This document shows, one piece after another, positions 24,738 through 32,425 of a stretch of DNA of 34,921 bases (positions are counted from its first letter, which is position 1; each line of letters begins with the position of its first letter). Where the stretch lies: assembly GCA_020630245.1 (NCBI GenBank), contig JAHDBZ010000001.1, positions 60,402 to 95,322 of the forward strand. Reading direction: 5' to 3'. This DNA comes from Candidatus Altimarinota bacterium (GTDB taxonomy: Bacteria; Patescibacteriota; Gracilibacteria; UBA4473). Under the pieces are notes generated by a model. It saw nothing but the letters and a program-made list of their open reading frames with translations. It made no database searches and was not told where the DNA came from. A program made the position numbers and the translations under genes.

Positions 24738-26942
24738 ATGAATGACGCAATGCGCAGTGAGTTTGGTGGTCGGATCCGGTTCGTAAAAGCTTTCCTTCTA
24801 ATGGTTGGATTGGTGTTTGCTTGGCGGCTCTTTGATCTGCAAGTTTTGCAATTCGAAAACTTTGAAATTCAGGCGAAGGCGCAGCACGAGAAGCGCTCAG
24901 TCTTGCCCGCTCGTCGAGGAAAAATCTTGGTGCGCAAGCATCGTAATTCAGAGGAGTATACGCCATTAGCGACCAACAATACGCTTAAAATGTTGTTTGT
25001 TGATCCGCTTATTTTGGCTTATCCGGAATATAATCCGAGGCTTACCATTGCGGAACAAAAAGGTGGAAATCCTGAGCTAGCGGCAGAGTTGTTGGCGCCG
25101 ATTTTGATCCATGCTCGCTGTGAAAGTATTGAAGGGTGTACAATTACCACAGATCCTGAACAATGGACTGAAACTGAGAGAGTTGCTATTCAGGCTTACA
25201 GAGAGGAACTCCGAGAACTCTTTACTCAGATTGAGCGTACTCGAGTACTTTTGGACGAAGACTTGTCATCGACTACGATTGCCCAAATTGAGCAGTTAAA
25301 CCTGCCGGGGATCTGGACGCAGGGAAATCAAGTCTGGGGAAATCCAACCGGGATCGGAAACTTAGAATCAGTTTCAGAGACGCTTTCAGCGGTCTTAGGT
25401 CTTGATCAAGAGCGCGTAGAGGCATTGTTGACGCGTCGACCACGTCGTTACGTAGAAGTAATTGATAAAATTGTTCCAGAGGTTTCTGATAAAATCCTCG
25501 AACTCAAGAAGAATCGACAGTATGCTTCTACTTTGCGGGGTATAGGACTCGTAGACGAAGAATGGCGTTACTATCCAGATCGTGAACTTGGTTCGCAGTT
25601 GCTTGGTTTTGTCGATTCCGGTGGAAATGGTCAGTACGGTATCGAGGGGAGATTTGATCTCGAACTCAAAGGAAAAGAAGGCTATATCTTTGGGGCCACT
25701 AATACGCGAGGGCAACGAATCCTCGGTAAAGGTGGAGGAATTAGTCGAGCTCAGAATGGCGCGGATGTCGTTTTGTCGATTGATCGTCGAATTCAGGGGA
25801 TGGTCGAAAAGATTTTGCTCGAGGATCTAGAACGTTTCCAGGCTGATTTTGGGCAAGTTGTAGTCGTTGAGCCTGATACAGGGAGAATCCTGGCGATGGC
25901 TAACGCTCCGACCTTTGATCCGAACGAATTTCGTAAGGTTTTCCTCAATTACGAGATACCGGTTGAGCAAGAGCAGGCGGATCGCGGTGACGAATTTTTT
26001 AATCAGAGAATTCCGACAGAGGCAATTGAAGGTAAGCTTTATCGTTATTTTAACGTCTGGGGGCCGCAGGTTTTTCGAAATCGAGCCGTAGCTGATAGTT
26101 ATGAACCCGGGTCTGTGATGAAGGCGGTCAGTATGGCAGCGGCTATTAACGCTGATGAAGTTACCCCTCAAACCACCTTCAACGATGATGGGCCAATCGA
26201 GGTTGATCAATTCCGGATTCGTAATTCGGACAAGGTTTATGCGGGTCCTACTTCAATGATTTCAGTACTTGATCGGTCGCTCAATACAGGAATCGCTTTC
26301 ATTACTCGTAAGATGGGAGCTAAGTTGACCTATGAGTATTTGCGTGATTTTGGGTTCGGTCAGTTTACTGATATTGAATTAGACGGAGAGGAGGAAGGTG
26401 AATTGGAATTTTGGCACGATTGGGCAGAGTCAGAGTTGATTACGAGAGGTTTTGGGCAGGGGATTTTGGCCAGCCCATTGCAAATGACTATGGCGTTCGC
26501 GGCGTTAGCTAATGGTGGGTATCTGATGAAGCCAATCCTGGTTGAGGAGATTCGTTATAATGACGAACGTGGCACTCGAACGTTTAAACCAGAACCAATC
26601 CGTCGGGTGATTTCGGATCAAACTTCTGCCACTATTAAGTCGATGCTGCTCAGTGGGGTAAACAAAGGCGTAGCCAATGAAGCACAGGTCTACGGTTACA
26701 CGGTCATGGGGAAAACGGGAACCTCACAGACCTATCGGAATGGATTCGCGCTGGAAGGGATAGGAACGACGATTGCCTCCTTTGCTGGCTTCGGTCCGAT
26801 AAAAGATCCAGCTTTTGTGGTGCTGGTAAAGTACGATTATCCGAAAACCTCACAGTGGGGTTCCAAGACCGCCGCAGTGACCTTTCAACGGGTCGCTGAT
26901 TTCTTATTTGAATACTTAGAGATTCCGCCAGACCGGAATTGA
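24738..26942 (+). CDS. Penicillin-binding protein 2 / FtsI-type peptidoglycan D,D-transpeptidase
   Basis: 734 aa with an N-terminal TM anchor, SxxK (GSVMK), SxN-like RNSD and KTG (GKTGTSQ) transpeptidase motifs, and a long inserted N-terminal module. Confidence 0.88.
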   Translation: MNDAMRSEFGGRIRFVKAFLLMVGLVFAWRLFDLQVLQFENFEIQAKAQHEKRSVLPARRGKILVRKHRNSEEYTPLATNNTLKMLFVDPLILAYPEYNPRLTIAEQKGGNPELAAELLAPILIHARCESIEGCTITTDPEQWTETERVAIQAYREELRELFTQIERTRVLLDEDLSSTTIAQIEQLNLPGIWTQGNQVWGNPTGIGNLESVSETLSAVLGLDQERVEALLTRRPRRYVEVIDKIVPEVSDKILELKKNRQYASTLRGIGLVDEEWRYYPDRELGSQLLGFVDSGGNGQYGIEGRFDLELKGKEGYIFGATNTRGQRILGKGGGISRAQNGADVVLSIDRRIQGMVEKILLEDLERFQADFGQVVVVEPDTGRILAMANAPTFDPNEFRKVFLNYEIPVEQEQADRGDEFFNQRIPTEAIEGKLYRYFNVWGPQVFRNRAVADSYEPGSVMKAVSMAAAINADEVTPQTTFNDDGPIEVDQFRIRNSDKVYAGPTSMISVLDRSLNTGIAFITRKMGAKLTYEYLRDFGFGQFTDIELDGEEEGELEFWHDWAESELITRGFGQGILASPLQMTMAFAALANGGYLMKPILVEEIRYNDERGTRTFKPEPIRRVISDQTSATIKSMLLSGVNKGVANEAQVYGYTVMGKTGTSQTYRNGFALEGIGTTIASFAGFGPIKDPAFVVLVKYDYPKTSQWGSKTAAVTFQRVADFLFEYLEIPPDRN

Positions 26943-27155
26943 GGAAAACCAGTTTTTCTCAAGGCTCCTTTCTGTATATGTATTCGTTTGCTCTGGGGCC
27001 GGTGAGACCCAGGAATCACTCATGATTTAATAATTGAGATCATGGAGAAAGTTTACTTTTTATGTATTTTTTAAGCTTTTAAAGTCGTTTTTTATTATTT
27101 TTGTTTGTTTAAGTTTTACTTTTTAGTAAATTTTTTACGTATTTTGCTTCAAGAA

Positions 27156-27515
27156 ATGTCTAAAATTTCCAAAAACACTGTCATCGAAGGAAAAGTTATT
27201 ACTGCCAATAGAATGATAGGAGGGAAAGACCTGGACGAATATGAAGAGCGCACGGATTTCTATCTTGAGGATGCATCAGGTGCTCAATTCGAGATCAAAG
27301 GTAAAGCTTTTGAGGCCGTAAGACCATTGGTAGGGCAGAAAGTGAGTATGATGATCTCTCGAGAGGTCGGACATAAGATTGAAAAGATAAAAGATGCGGC
27401 AGGAAAAGTGGTGTTTAGTGACGACAGTAACGTGATACCTCTAAATGCTGGTACTGAAGAAATACCAAAAATCGCTGGCGATGGCGCCAAATTTTCAGCC
27501 ACTTACCAACGGTAG
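27156..27515 (+). CDS. Hypothetical small soluble protein
   Basis: 119 aa from ATG 27156. The track's TTG 27105 extension reads through a T-rich promoter-like region. No family was recognised. It overlaps the convergent MGMT gene by 13 nt. Confidence 0.5.
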   Translation: MSKISKNTVIEGKVITANRMIGGKDLDEYEERTDFYLEDASGAQFEIKGKAFEAVRPLVGQKVSMMISREVGHKIEKIKDAAGKVVFSDDSNVIPLNAGTEEIPKIAGDGAKFSATYQR

Positions 27516-27805
27516 AGCTTCGTTTTAAAATCAATAATCTTGTCATCTATTACCTCAACGCCTTCTTCGGCCAGGCGGCGGATTTTTTCTTCTGGTTTGC
27601 CAGCGTAACCGCCGAGGCGACCATCGGTATTAACCACCCGGTGACAGGGGACGATGTCACGGGGGTACGGGTTTTGGTTCATGGCATTACCGACCGCCCG
27701 ATAAGCCCTGGTACCGAGTGCTTCGGCCAGGGCTTTGTAGGTGGTGACGCGTCCGGTAGGGACTTCACTTAGAAGTTTATAACAGCGTTCGTTAAAATTT
27801 TTCAT
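27503..27805 (-). CDS. ogt: Methylated-DNA-protein-cysteine methyltransferase, single-domain (MGMT/Ogt C-terminal domain)
   Basis: 100 aa with the active-site motif IVPCHRVV (Cys retained, so not an Atl-type) and RAVGNAMNQNP. Confidence 0.85.
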   Translation of the reverse strand: MKNFNERCYKLLSEVPTGRVTTYKALAEALGTRAYRAVGNAMNQNPYPRDIVPCHRVVNTDGRLGGYAGKPEEKIRRLAEEGVEVIDDKIIDFKTKLYRW

Positions 27806-27812
27806 GTTAGAT

Positions 27813-27894
27813 AAGATCCTTCCCTTCGACAGGCTCAGGGCAGGCTGCTCAGGATGAGTTCGACTAACAGCTCACAAGTTCGCTGAGTCTCACT
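27813..27894 (-). repeat. Intergenic repeat family, copy C (82 nt, minus strand)
   Basis: The reverse complement aligns to copy B at about 67/82 positions by hand count. Its AGTGAGACT box overlaps the mscS stop codon, and it ends 8 nt before the ogt ATG. Confidence 0.85.
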
Positions 27895-28762
27895 ACACCT
27901 CGACCTCATACTTTCCCGTTGGATCTTTGGTTTCGTAGTAGTGGTGAATGTCTTGTTGTGGATATGGGATACTGATGCCATTAGCATCGAATTCAGCTTT
28001 GGCCAGTTCAAAGAAATCTGCTGGCAGGCCAACATAGTGCTTGTCTTGACACCAGACTCGGAGATTTAGATCGACAGAACTTTCTCCAAGATTCCCGACA
28101 AAGACTTCTGGCTCGTGTCCTTTTTCTTTAAGGATTTTTTTGTTGTCTTTGGCTAGATTTAAGAGGATGTCTTTGGCTTTCTTGATGTCGTCTTCGTAAC
28201 CAATACCAAAGATGATGTCGTGACGACGCGTGCCAAGGGAAGTGTAGTTTTCGATGGCATCGTTAGAAATAGCACCATTTGGGATGATGATTTTTTTGTG
28301 ATCTGGTGTGTGGAGAACGGTGTTGAAGATTTGGATCTGTTTTACAACCCCGTCGTATCCTTGGGCCAGGATATGGTCACCGACTTTGTACGGCTTGAAA
28401 AGTAGGATCAAGACACCACCGGCAAAATTTGCGAGTGATCCTTGCAGCGCTAAACCAACGGCCAAACCGGCGGCCCCGACTAAGGCTACGAAAGATGAAG
28501 TCTGCACACCAAGCATGCCGGCAACCGCGATAAAGAGCACGATCTTAAGTGTGATGGCAATCAGGCTCTCGAGAAAACCAGCAACCGAAGGATCAAGGTG
28601 CTGTTTTGCAAAAATCTTGTCGAGAATTTTGTTGAGGAGTTTAATAGCCTTGAGTCCAACAAATAAAACAACCAGGGCCAACAGGAGTTTGGGTGCGTAG
28701 CTCGCAACCATTTCGACTCCTAGATCAATGTACTTTTGTACATCTAGATTAGAAAAATCCAT
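27893..28762 (-). CDS. mscS: Small-conductance mechanosensitive channel (MscS family)
   Basis: 289 aa with the pore helix GVQTSSFVALVGAAGLAVGLALQGSLANFAGGVLILLFKPYKVGD. Confidence 0.9.
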   Translation of the reverse strand: MDFSNLDVQKYIDLGVEMVASYAPKLLLALVVLFVGLKAIKLLNKILDKIFAKQHLDPSVAGFLESLIAITLKIVLFIAVAGMLGVQTSSFVALVGAAGLAVGLALQGSLANFAGGVLILLFKPYKVGDHILAQGYDGVVKQIQIFNTVLHTPDHKKIIIPNGAISNDAIENYTSLGTRRHDIIFGIGYEDDIKKAKDILLNLAKDNKKILKEKGHEPEVFVGNLGESSVDLNLRVWCQDKHYVGLPADFFELAKAEFDANGISIPYPQQDIHHYYETKDPTGKYEVEV

Positions 28763-28819
28763 GATATAGTGGGTTAAAGTAACTTCAGTTTAGCAGGGAA
28801 AACCAGAAGCTGTAAAGGA

Positions 28820-29638
28820 CTAGTTTTGCGGGAAGGCGAAGACGTCACGGAGTTCGATTTTTTCCTGACGGAAAGCTTCCTGGATCACTTCTAGCATGCC
28901 GTAGTACACATCCCAGTAGTCTTTGGTCTTTACCCAGCCACGAAGGCTGATCTCCACGCCGCGCTCTGTCAGGTCCTTAACCACGATTTCAGGGGTTGGC
29001 TTGTCGAGGAAACGTTTTTCCTTTTTGGCCAAGGCGAGGAGATTTTTACGTACTTTTTTGAGGTCTTCGTCATAGTGCAGATGGAGCGTTAGGTCGACGC
29101 GACGGGTGCGTTTTGCGGTGTAGTTTCGGATACAATCATTGGAAAGTTTTCCATTTGGGATGACGATGGCTTGGTTGTCGGTGGTTTTGAGGGTGGTGTT
29201 GAAGATCTGAATGCTTTCCACCGTGCCTACAAATCCTTGGGCTTCGATGTAGTCACCGATCTTAAACGGTTTAAAGATCAAAATTAGCACCCCGCCGGCA
29301 AAGTTGGCCAACGAGCCCTGCAATGCTAGACCAATGGCGAGACCGGCCGCCCCCACGAGCGCTACCAATGAGCTGGTCTGCACACCGAGCATCGAGGCTA
29401 CGATGATGAGTAGTACTATTTTGAGGCCAATACTGATAAGGCTACCAAGAAAACTGCGGACGGCTTGATCGAGTCGGGCATGCTTAAGAGCGCGTAATGC
29501 GACGTGATTGATCCACTTGATGATGATCCAGCCGATAAGCAAGGTCAGGATGGCGAAGATCAGCCGTGGTGCTAATCCTTCGATCAATTTGAGTGTGTAT
29601 TCGATGGCGTGAAGGACGATGTCGGTATTGAATTCCAT
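28820..29638 (-). CDS. mscS: Small-conductance mechanosensitive channel (MscS family), tandem paralog
   Basis: 272 aa with a near-identical pore region, GVQTSSLVALVGAAGLAIGLALQGSLANFAGGVLILIFKPFKIGD. Confidence 0.9.
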   Translation of the reverse strand: MEFNTDIVLHAIEYTLKLIEGLAPRLIFAILTLLIGWIIIKWINHVALRALKHARLDQAVRSFLGSLISIGLKIVLLIIVASMLGVQTSSLVALVGAAGLAIGLALQGSLANFAGGVLILIFKPFKIGDYIEAQGFVGTVESIQIFNTTLKTTDNQAIVIPNGKLSNDCIRNYTAKRTRRVDLTLHLHYDEDLKKVRKNLLALAKKEKRFLDKPTPEIVVKDLTERGVEISLRGWVKTKDYWDVYYGMLEVIQEAFRQEKIELRDVFAFPQN

Positions 29639-29719
29639 GTTGTTTAGATATTAAGCTGTTTGGAGGGTGGGTTCAAAAAAGTTTGACTATAAATCAAAAA
29701 CATTTAACTTGGTGGTTAG

Positions 29720-29782
29720 ATGTTTCAGACCATGATCACAATTACGACAAAGAAAACGGGGCGCCGCCTCGGAGTGTCGTAG
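29720..29782 (+). CDS. Candidate leader peptide MFQTMITITTKKTGRRLGVS (attenuation-type)
   Basis: A 20-codon ORF in the 206-nt gap upstream of the aspartokinase-like gene. Residues 4-13 (TMITITTKKT) are all Thr, Met, Ile or Lys. An intrinsic terminator follows, with alternative pairings. Confidence 0.55.
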   Translation: MFQTMITITTKKTGRRLGVS

Positions 29783-29811
29783 TGAGTAGATCCAAGATCT
29801 GAGATGCTATG

Positions 29812-29837
29812 CCGCTCCACATGGAAGCGGTTTTTTT
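29812..29837 (+). terminator. Intrinsic terminator (attenuator segments 3:4) upstream of the aspartokinase-like gene
   Basis: CCGCTCC (29812-29818) pairs with GG(A)AGCGG (29823-29830) for 7 bp with one bulge. The loop is ACAT and TTTTTTT follows at 29831-29837. Confidence 0.65.
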
Positions 29838-29844
29838 AAAATTT

Positions 29845-31500
29845 ATGAATCAAACAATGAACGCTGTACCAGAAACAAACAACTTAGAGTTATTAAATTC
29901 AGCAGAAGTTTTAGTCAGTAAGATTGGCGGAGATAATGCACCGTTGTTAGCTCAGAATTATACGAATGTTCGTAAAAGGTTAGAACGAGGGCAAAAAACT
30001 ATTTTGGTAGTATCTGCCATGCGTAGCTCTGATGCAAAGTATTCAGAATTAAGACATCCAGAGGTAATAGACCGAGACTCTTCGGGAGAAATAAAGCCGG
30101 GGTTTAATACAACTTCTCACCTGAAAAAGATCGGAGAGTTCTTAAATGCCAAAAATATTGTCGAAGCCAAAAATATTTATGCTTCTGTTTCTGATTTTTT
30201 GGTGAACCTAATTATGGAGGCACTACAAGATGAGTCTGCGACTATTTCATCCAAAGTCTTAGCGAGCTTAAAGGATTGTTTATCGGCTTTTGGTGCGGAA
30301 CTGGAAGCCTTTGATCCGGAGCAAGATAAAATTCTTATGCTAGATAAAGATAATTTAATCCAAAAATCAGATGGCAAATTGATTTCTCTTACTGGTTTTG
30401 GAGAAACGGTTTCGAAAATAGTTTATGAGCGTTACTTCAGCTTAAAAGAGCTTGATACCGCTACATCTAATGTAGATGGAGCGTTTGAGGCAGTCTTCCA
30501 GGGAAACGATCCAGTACAAATCTTGGCCGATGTTGGAGAGAATTCAGCAGCGCAAGAAAGACTCAGAGCTCAAATTTCATCGGACATTTCAGATGTAATA
30601 GATGACAACGAGGTTATTGTGCTAGGTGGTTATGCGCCACTGATTGCAAGTGAGAGAGGTTACACTGAAAAAATGGGTGCCCGCACGACAGTTGTGGTCA
30701 AAGAAATTGGTAAAAAGGTGGCTTATCTGATTGAAAAAGTATTCCCGATCATGAGCGCTGATCCACGAAAGTTGGGAACCGACAGAACTCAGGTAGTTCA
30801 GCACATGGGTTGGGATTTGGCGAAGGAAACTTTTGGTGTTAATTTTGGAGCTGATGGTGGGGCCGTGCAGGCAGAAGCTTTGGATATTTTAGAAGATGGA
30901 GGCGTAGAAGCTTTTGTTTGTGACCCAGAATACATAACTTCAGATCGCATTACTCGAATCTTTGATCATCAACCAGGTCCCAATGGTATTGAAATGGTGC
31001 AGGCTCGTCAGGCAGCGTCTGTGATCCAGATCAAGTCTAGTGCTATGAATACGCCTGGCTTTACAGCGCGTATCGGAAGCTGGTTCCAAGAGCGTAATAT
31101 ATCATATGACCATTCAGCCACCAGTGAGACGACAATGACTTTTGCTTTTGGTAAATATGAGTTTACGGAGGAAGACGAAGCCGCACTTAAAGAAGAAATG
31201 GGAGAAGGATTTGATACTCGCGTTGAAAAAGATATTACTTTGCTTTTTTGTCTCGGAAATAACATGGGACATGTTGGGCCCATGCATCGAGCGACGACGG
31301 GACTTAAGATGGCTGGGGTTAGTACTCGCCTGGTAACGCAGGGGATTAATGAACGTGTGATGATATTTGGAATTGATCATGACCAGTTAGATGCAGCATT
31401 AGACAGAGTGCATTGGTGGGGGGTGGAGCTTTCCGATGATCGTTATGCGGATTACCTAAACCTGACAAAAGATTTTGAAAAAAGGCAAAAAGTGGTTTAA
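29845..31500 (+). CDS. Aspartokinase-like amino-acid-kinase family protein with a C-terminal ACT-like region
   Basis: LVSKIGG, ILVVSAM, GFGETVS, VIVLGGY and MSADPRKL line up with aspartate kinase motifs, and the C-terminus looks ACT-like (ITLLFCLGNNMGHVG...). ATG 29845 or 29857 is preferred because the track start 29809 contains the terminator hairpin. Confidence 0.6.
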   Translation: MNQTMNAVPETNNLELLNSAEVLVSKIGGDNAPLLAQNYTNVRKRLERGQKTILVVSAMRSSDAKYSELRHPEVIDRDSSGEIKPGFNTTSHLKKIGEFLNAKNIVEAKNIYASVSDFLVNLIMEALQDESATISSKVLASLKDCLSAFGAELEAFDPEQDKILMLDKDNLIQKSDGKLISLTGFGETVSKIVYERYFSLKELDTATSNVDGAFEAVFQGNDPVQILADVGENSAAQERLRAQISSDISDVIDDNEVIVLGGYAPLIASERGYTEKMGARTTVVVKEIGKKVAYLIEKVFPIMSADPRKLGTDRTQVVQHMGWDLAKETFGVNFGADGGAVQAEALDILEDGGVEAFVCDPEYITSDRITRIFDHQPGPNGIEMVQARQAASVIQIKSSAMNTPGFTARIGSWFQERNISYDHSATSETTMTFAFGKYEFTEEDEAALKEEMGEGFDTRVEKDITLLFCLGNNMGHVGPMHRATTGLKMAGVSTRLVTQGINERVMIFGIDHDQLDAALDRVHWWGVELSDDRYADYLNLTKDFEKRQKVV

Positions 31501-31556
31501 TTTTTCCGAATAAAAAACTTGTTCACAGGAGGAAGTCTATTTATTATTTAAACGAC

Positions 31557-31865
31557 ATGCTTGAAGCTTCTCTCTCCGATATCGAATCCGCCGCGGCAAA
31601 TCTTGAAGATACTTCTGAGGCAGTTTCTCATGTGATTGTACCGAGCCCAAAAGAGGCTCGAAGCATAGATCAAGTCTTAGCAGATACCAGTAGTATGGCG
31701 TACTTAGCTTGGCATGCTGATGTAGCGCATGAAGCCATCAAAAAATCCGGCACAGTACCGGTGGTAGGAGCCTTTGCTCAAGAAAGGTTTGAGGCGCGGA
31801 TGGAGGCTACCAGAAAAAAAGTACAAAAAGTAGACCATAGACCGCCGATGGATTGCGCTCTCTAG
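31557..31865 (+). CDS. Hypothetical small acidic protein
   Basis: 102-aa ORF with no recognisable motif. Its stop overlaps the convergent SufD-like gene by 4 nt. Confidence 0.4.
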   Translation: MLEASLSDIESAAANLEDTSEAVSHVIVPSPKEARSIDQVLADTSSMAYLAWHADVAHEAIKKSGTVPVVGAFAQERFEARMEATRKKVQKVDHRPPMDCAL

Positions 31866-32386
31866 CTCAAAAATCCAGTTTTCAGCATATCGTGGGCTTC
31901 ATCAGAAGCAATACCGCGTGATTGGAGGTAGAGGATCTGCTCTCGATCAACTGGGGCGATAGAGGCACCATGTGAGGCGGATTTTACTTTGTCCGTTTCG
32001 ACACGCAGAACTGGAAGGGAGCGGCCTTTGGCATCATCAAAAAGGATGATGCGTTCTTCGATGTTGGCGTCGGCGTCGACAGATGTTTGAGCCAGCGTAG
32101 CGGCACCATCAAACTCGAGAAAACTTTGGTCTTCTGCCGTGCCACGTAGGTCTATGGAACCGATTTGTTCGGTGCCCTGAAAAATTTGCTTTACCTGCCA
32201 TGATTTACGGTCGCTACCGTGCGTTTGAGCGCGCCCATGGATGTGGCATTCGGCCTGGTCGCCGAGGAGTTCAACGGTGAGCTGGAAATCACGACTGCCT
32301 GGCTCGAAGTCTTGGAGCGTAATATTGAGCGATTGGTTGTCTGCAACCTTTATTACTTTTTGCCCTTCGGGATTGATTAGTTCCAT
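31862..32386 (-). CDS. SufB/SufD family protein, truncated (C-terminal beta-helix part only)
   Basis: The C-terminus KSASHGASIAPVDREQILYLQSRGIASDEAHDMLKTGFL matches the conserved SufBD C-terminal motif. ATG 32386 (MELINPEG) is preferred over the track's TTG 32422. Confidence 0.6.
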   Translation of the reverse strand: MELINPEGQKVIKVADNQSLNITLQDFEPGSRDFQLTVELLGDQAECHIHGRAQTHGSDRKSWQVKQIFQGTEQIGSIDLRGTAEDQSFLEFDGAATLAQTSVDADANIEERIILFDDAKGRSLPVLRVETDKVKSASHGASIAPVDREQILYLQSRGIASDEAHDMLKTGFLS

Positions 32387-32425
32387 CGGTTGGAAAGATA
32401 ATCGTTTTCCTCTACAATTCAACTA

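Noticed and set aside
24727-24740. Identical 13-mer AATTATTACCATG at the start codons of the PBP gene and the Lys-rich membrane protein gene (14575-14587)
   Set aside because: Several chance 13-mer matches are expected within a 35-kb window, so this is not significant on its own.
26991-27012. SRP-RNA-like GC-rich hairpin (CTGGGGCCGGTGAGACCCAG)
   Set aside because: It lacks the conserved domain IV features (a GGAA-type tetraloop and AGCA/GNAR symmetric loop motifs), so there is no support for an ffs gene.
29809-29844. Track start of the aspartokinase-like ORF at ATG 29809
   Set aside because: These 12 codons consist of the terminator stem-loop and its T-run (MPLHMEAVFLKF). ATG 29845 or 29857 is more plausible.
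29640-29844. Lysine riboswitch, T-box or other known riboswitch in the aspartokinase leader
   Set aside because: I could not recognise the conserved L-box or T-box (AATTAGGGTGGTACCGCG-like) cores. ACTTGGTGGTTAG is only a superficial resemblance. The leader-peptide model explains the terminator better.
31524-31556. AGGAGGA followed 6 nt later by an in-frame ATT as an alternative start for the 102-aa ORF
   Set aside because: This genome shows no SD usage elsewhere, ATT starts are rare, and the motif ends 24 nt from the ATG. It is most likely fortuitous.
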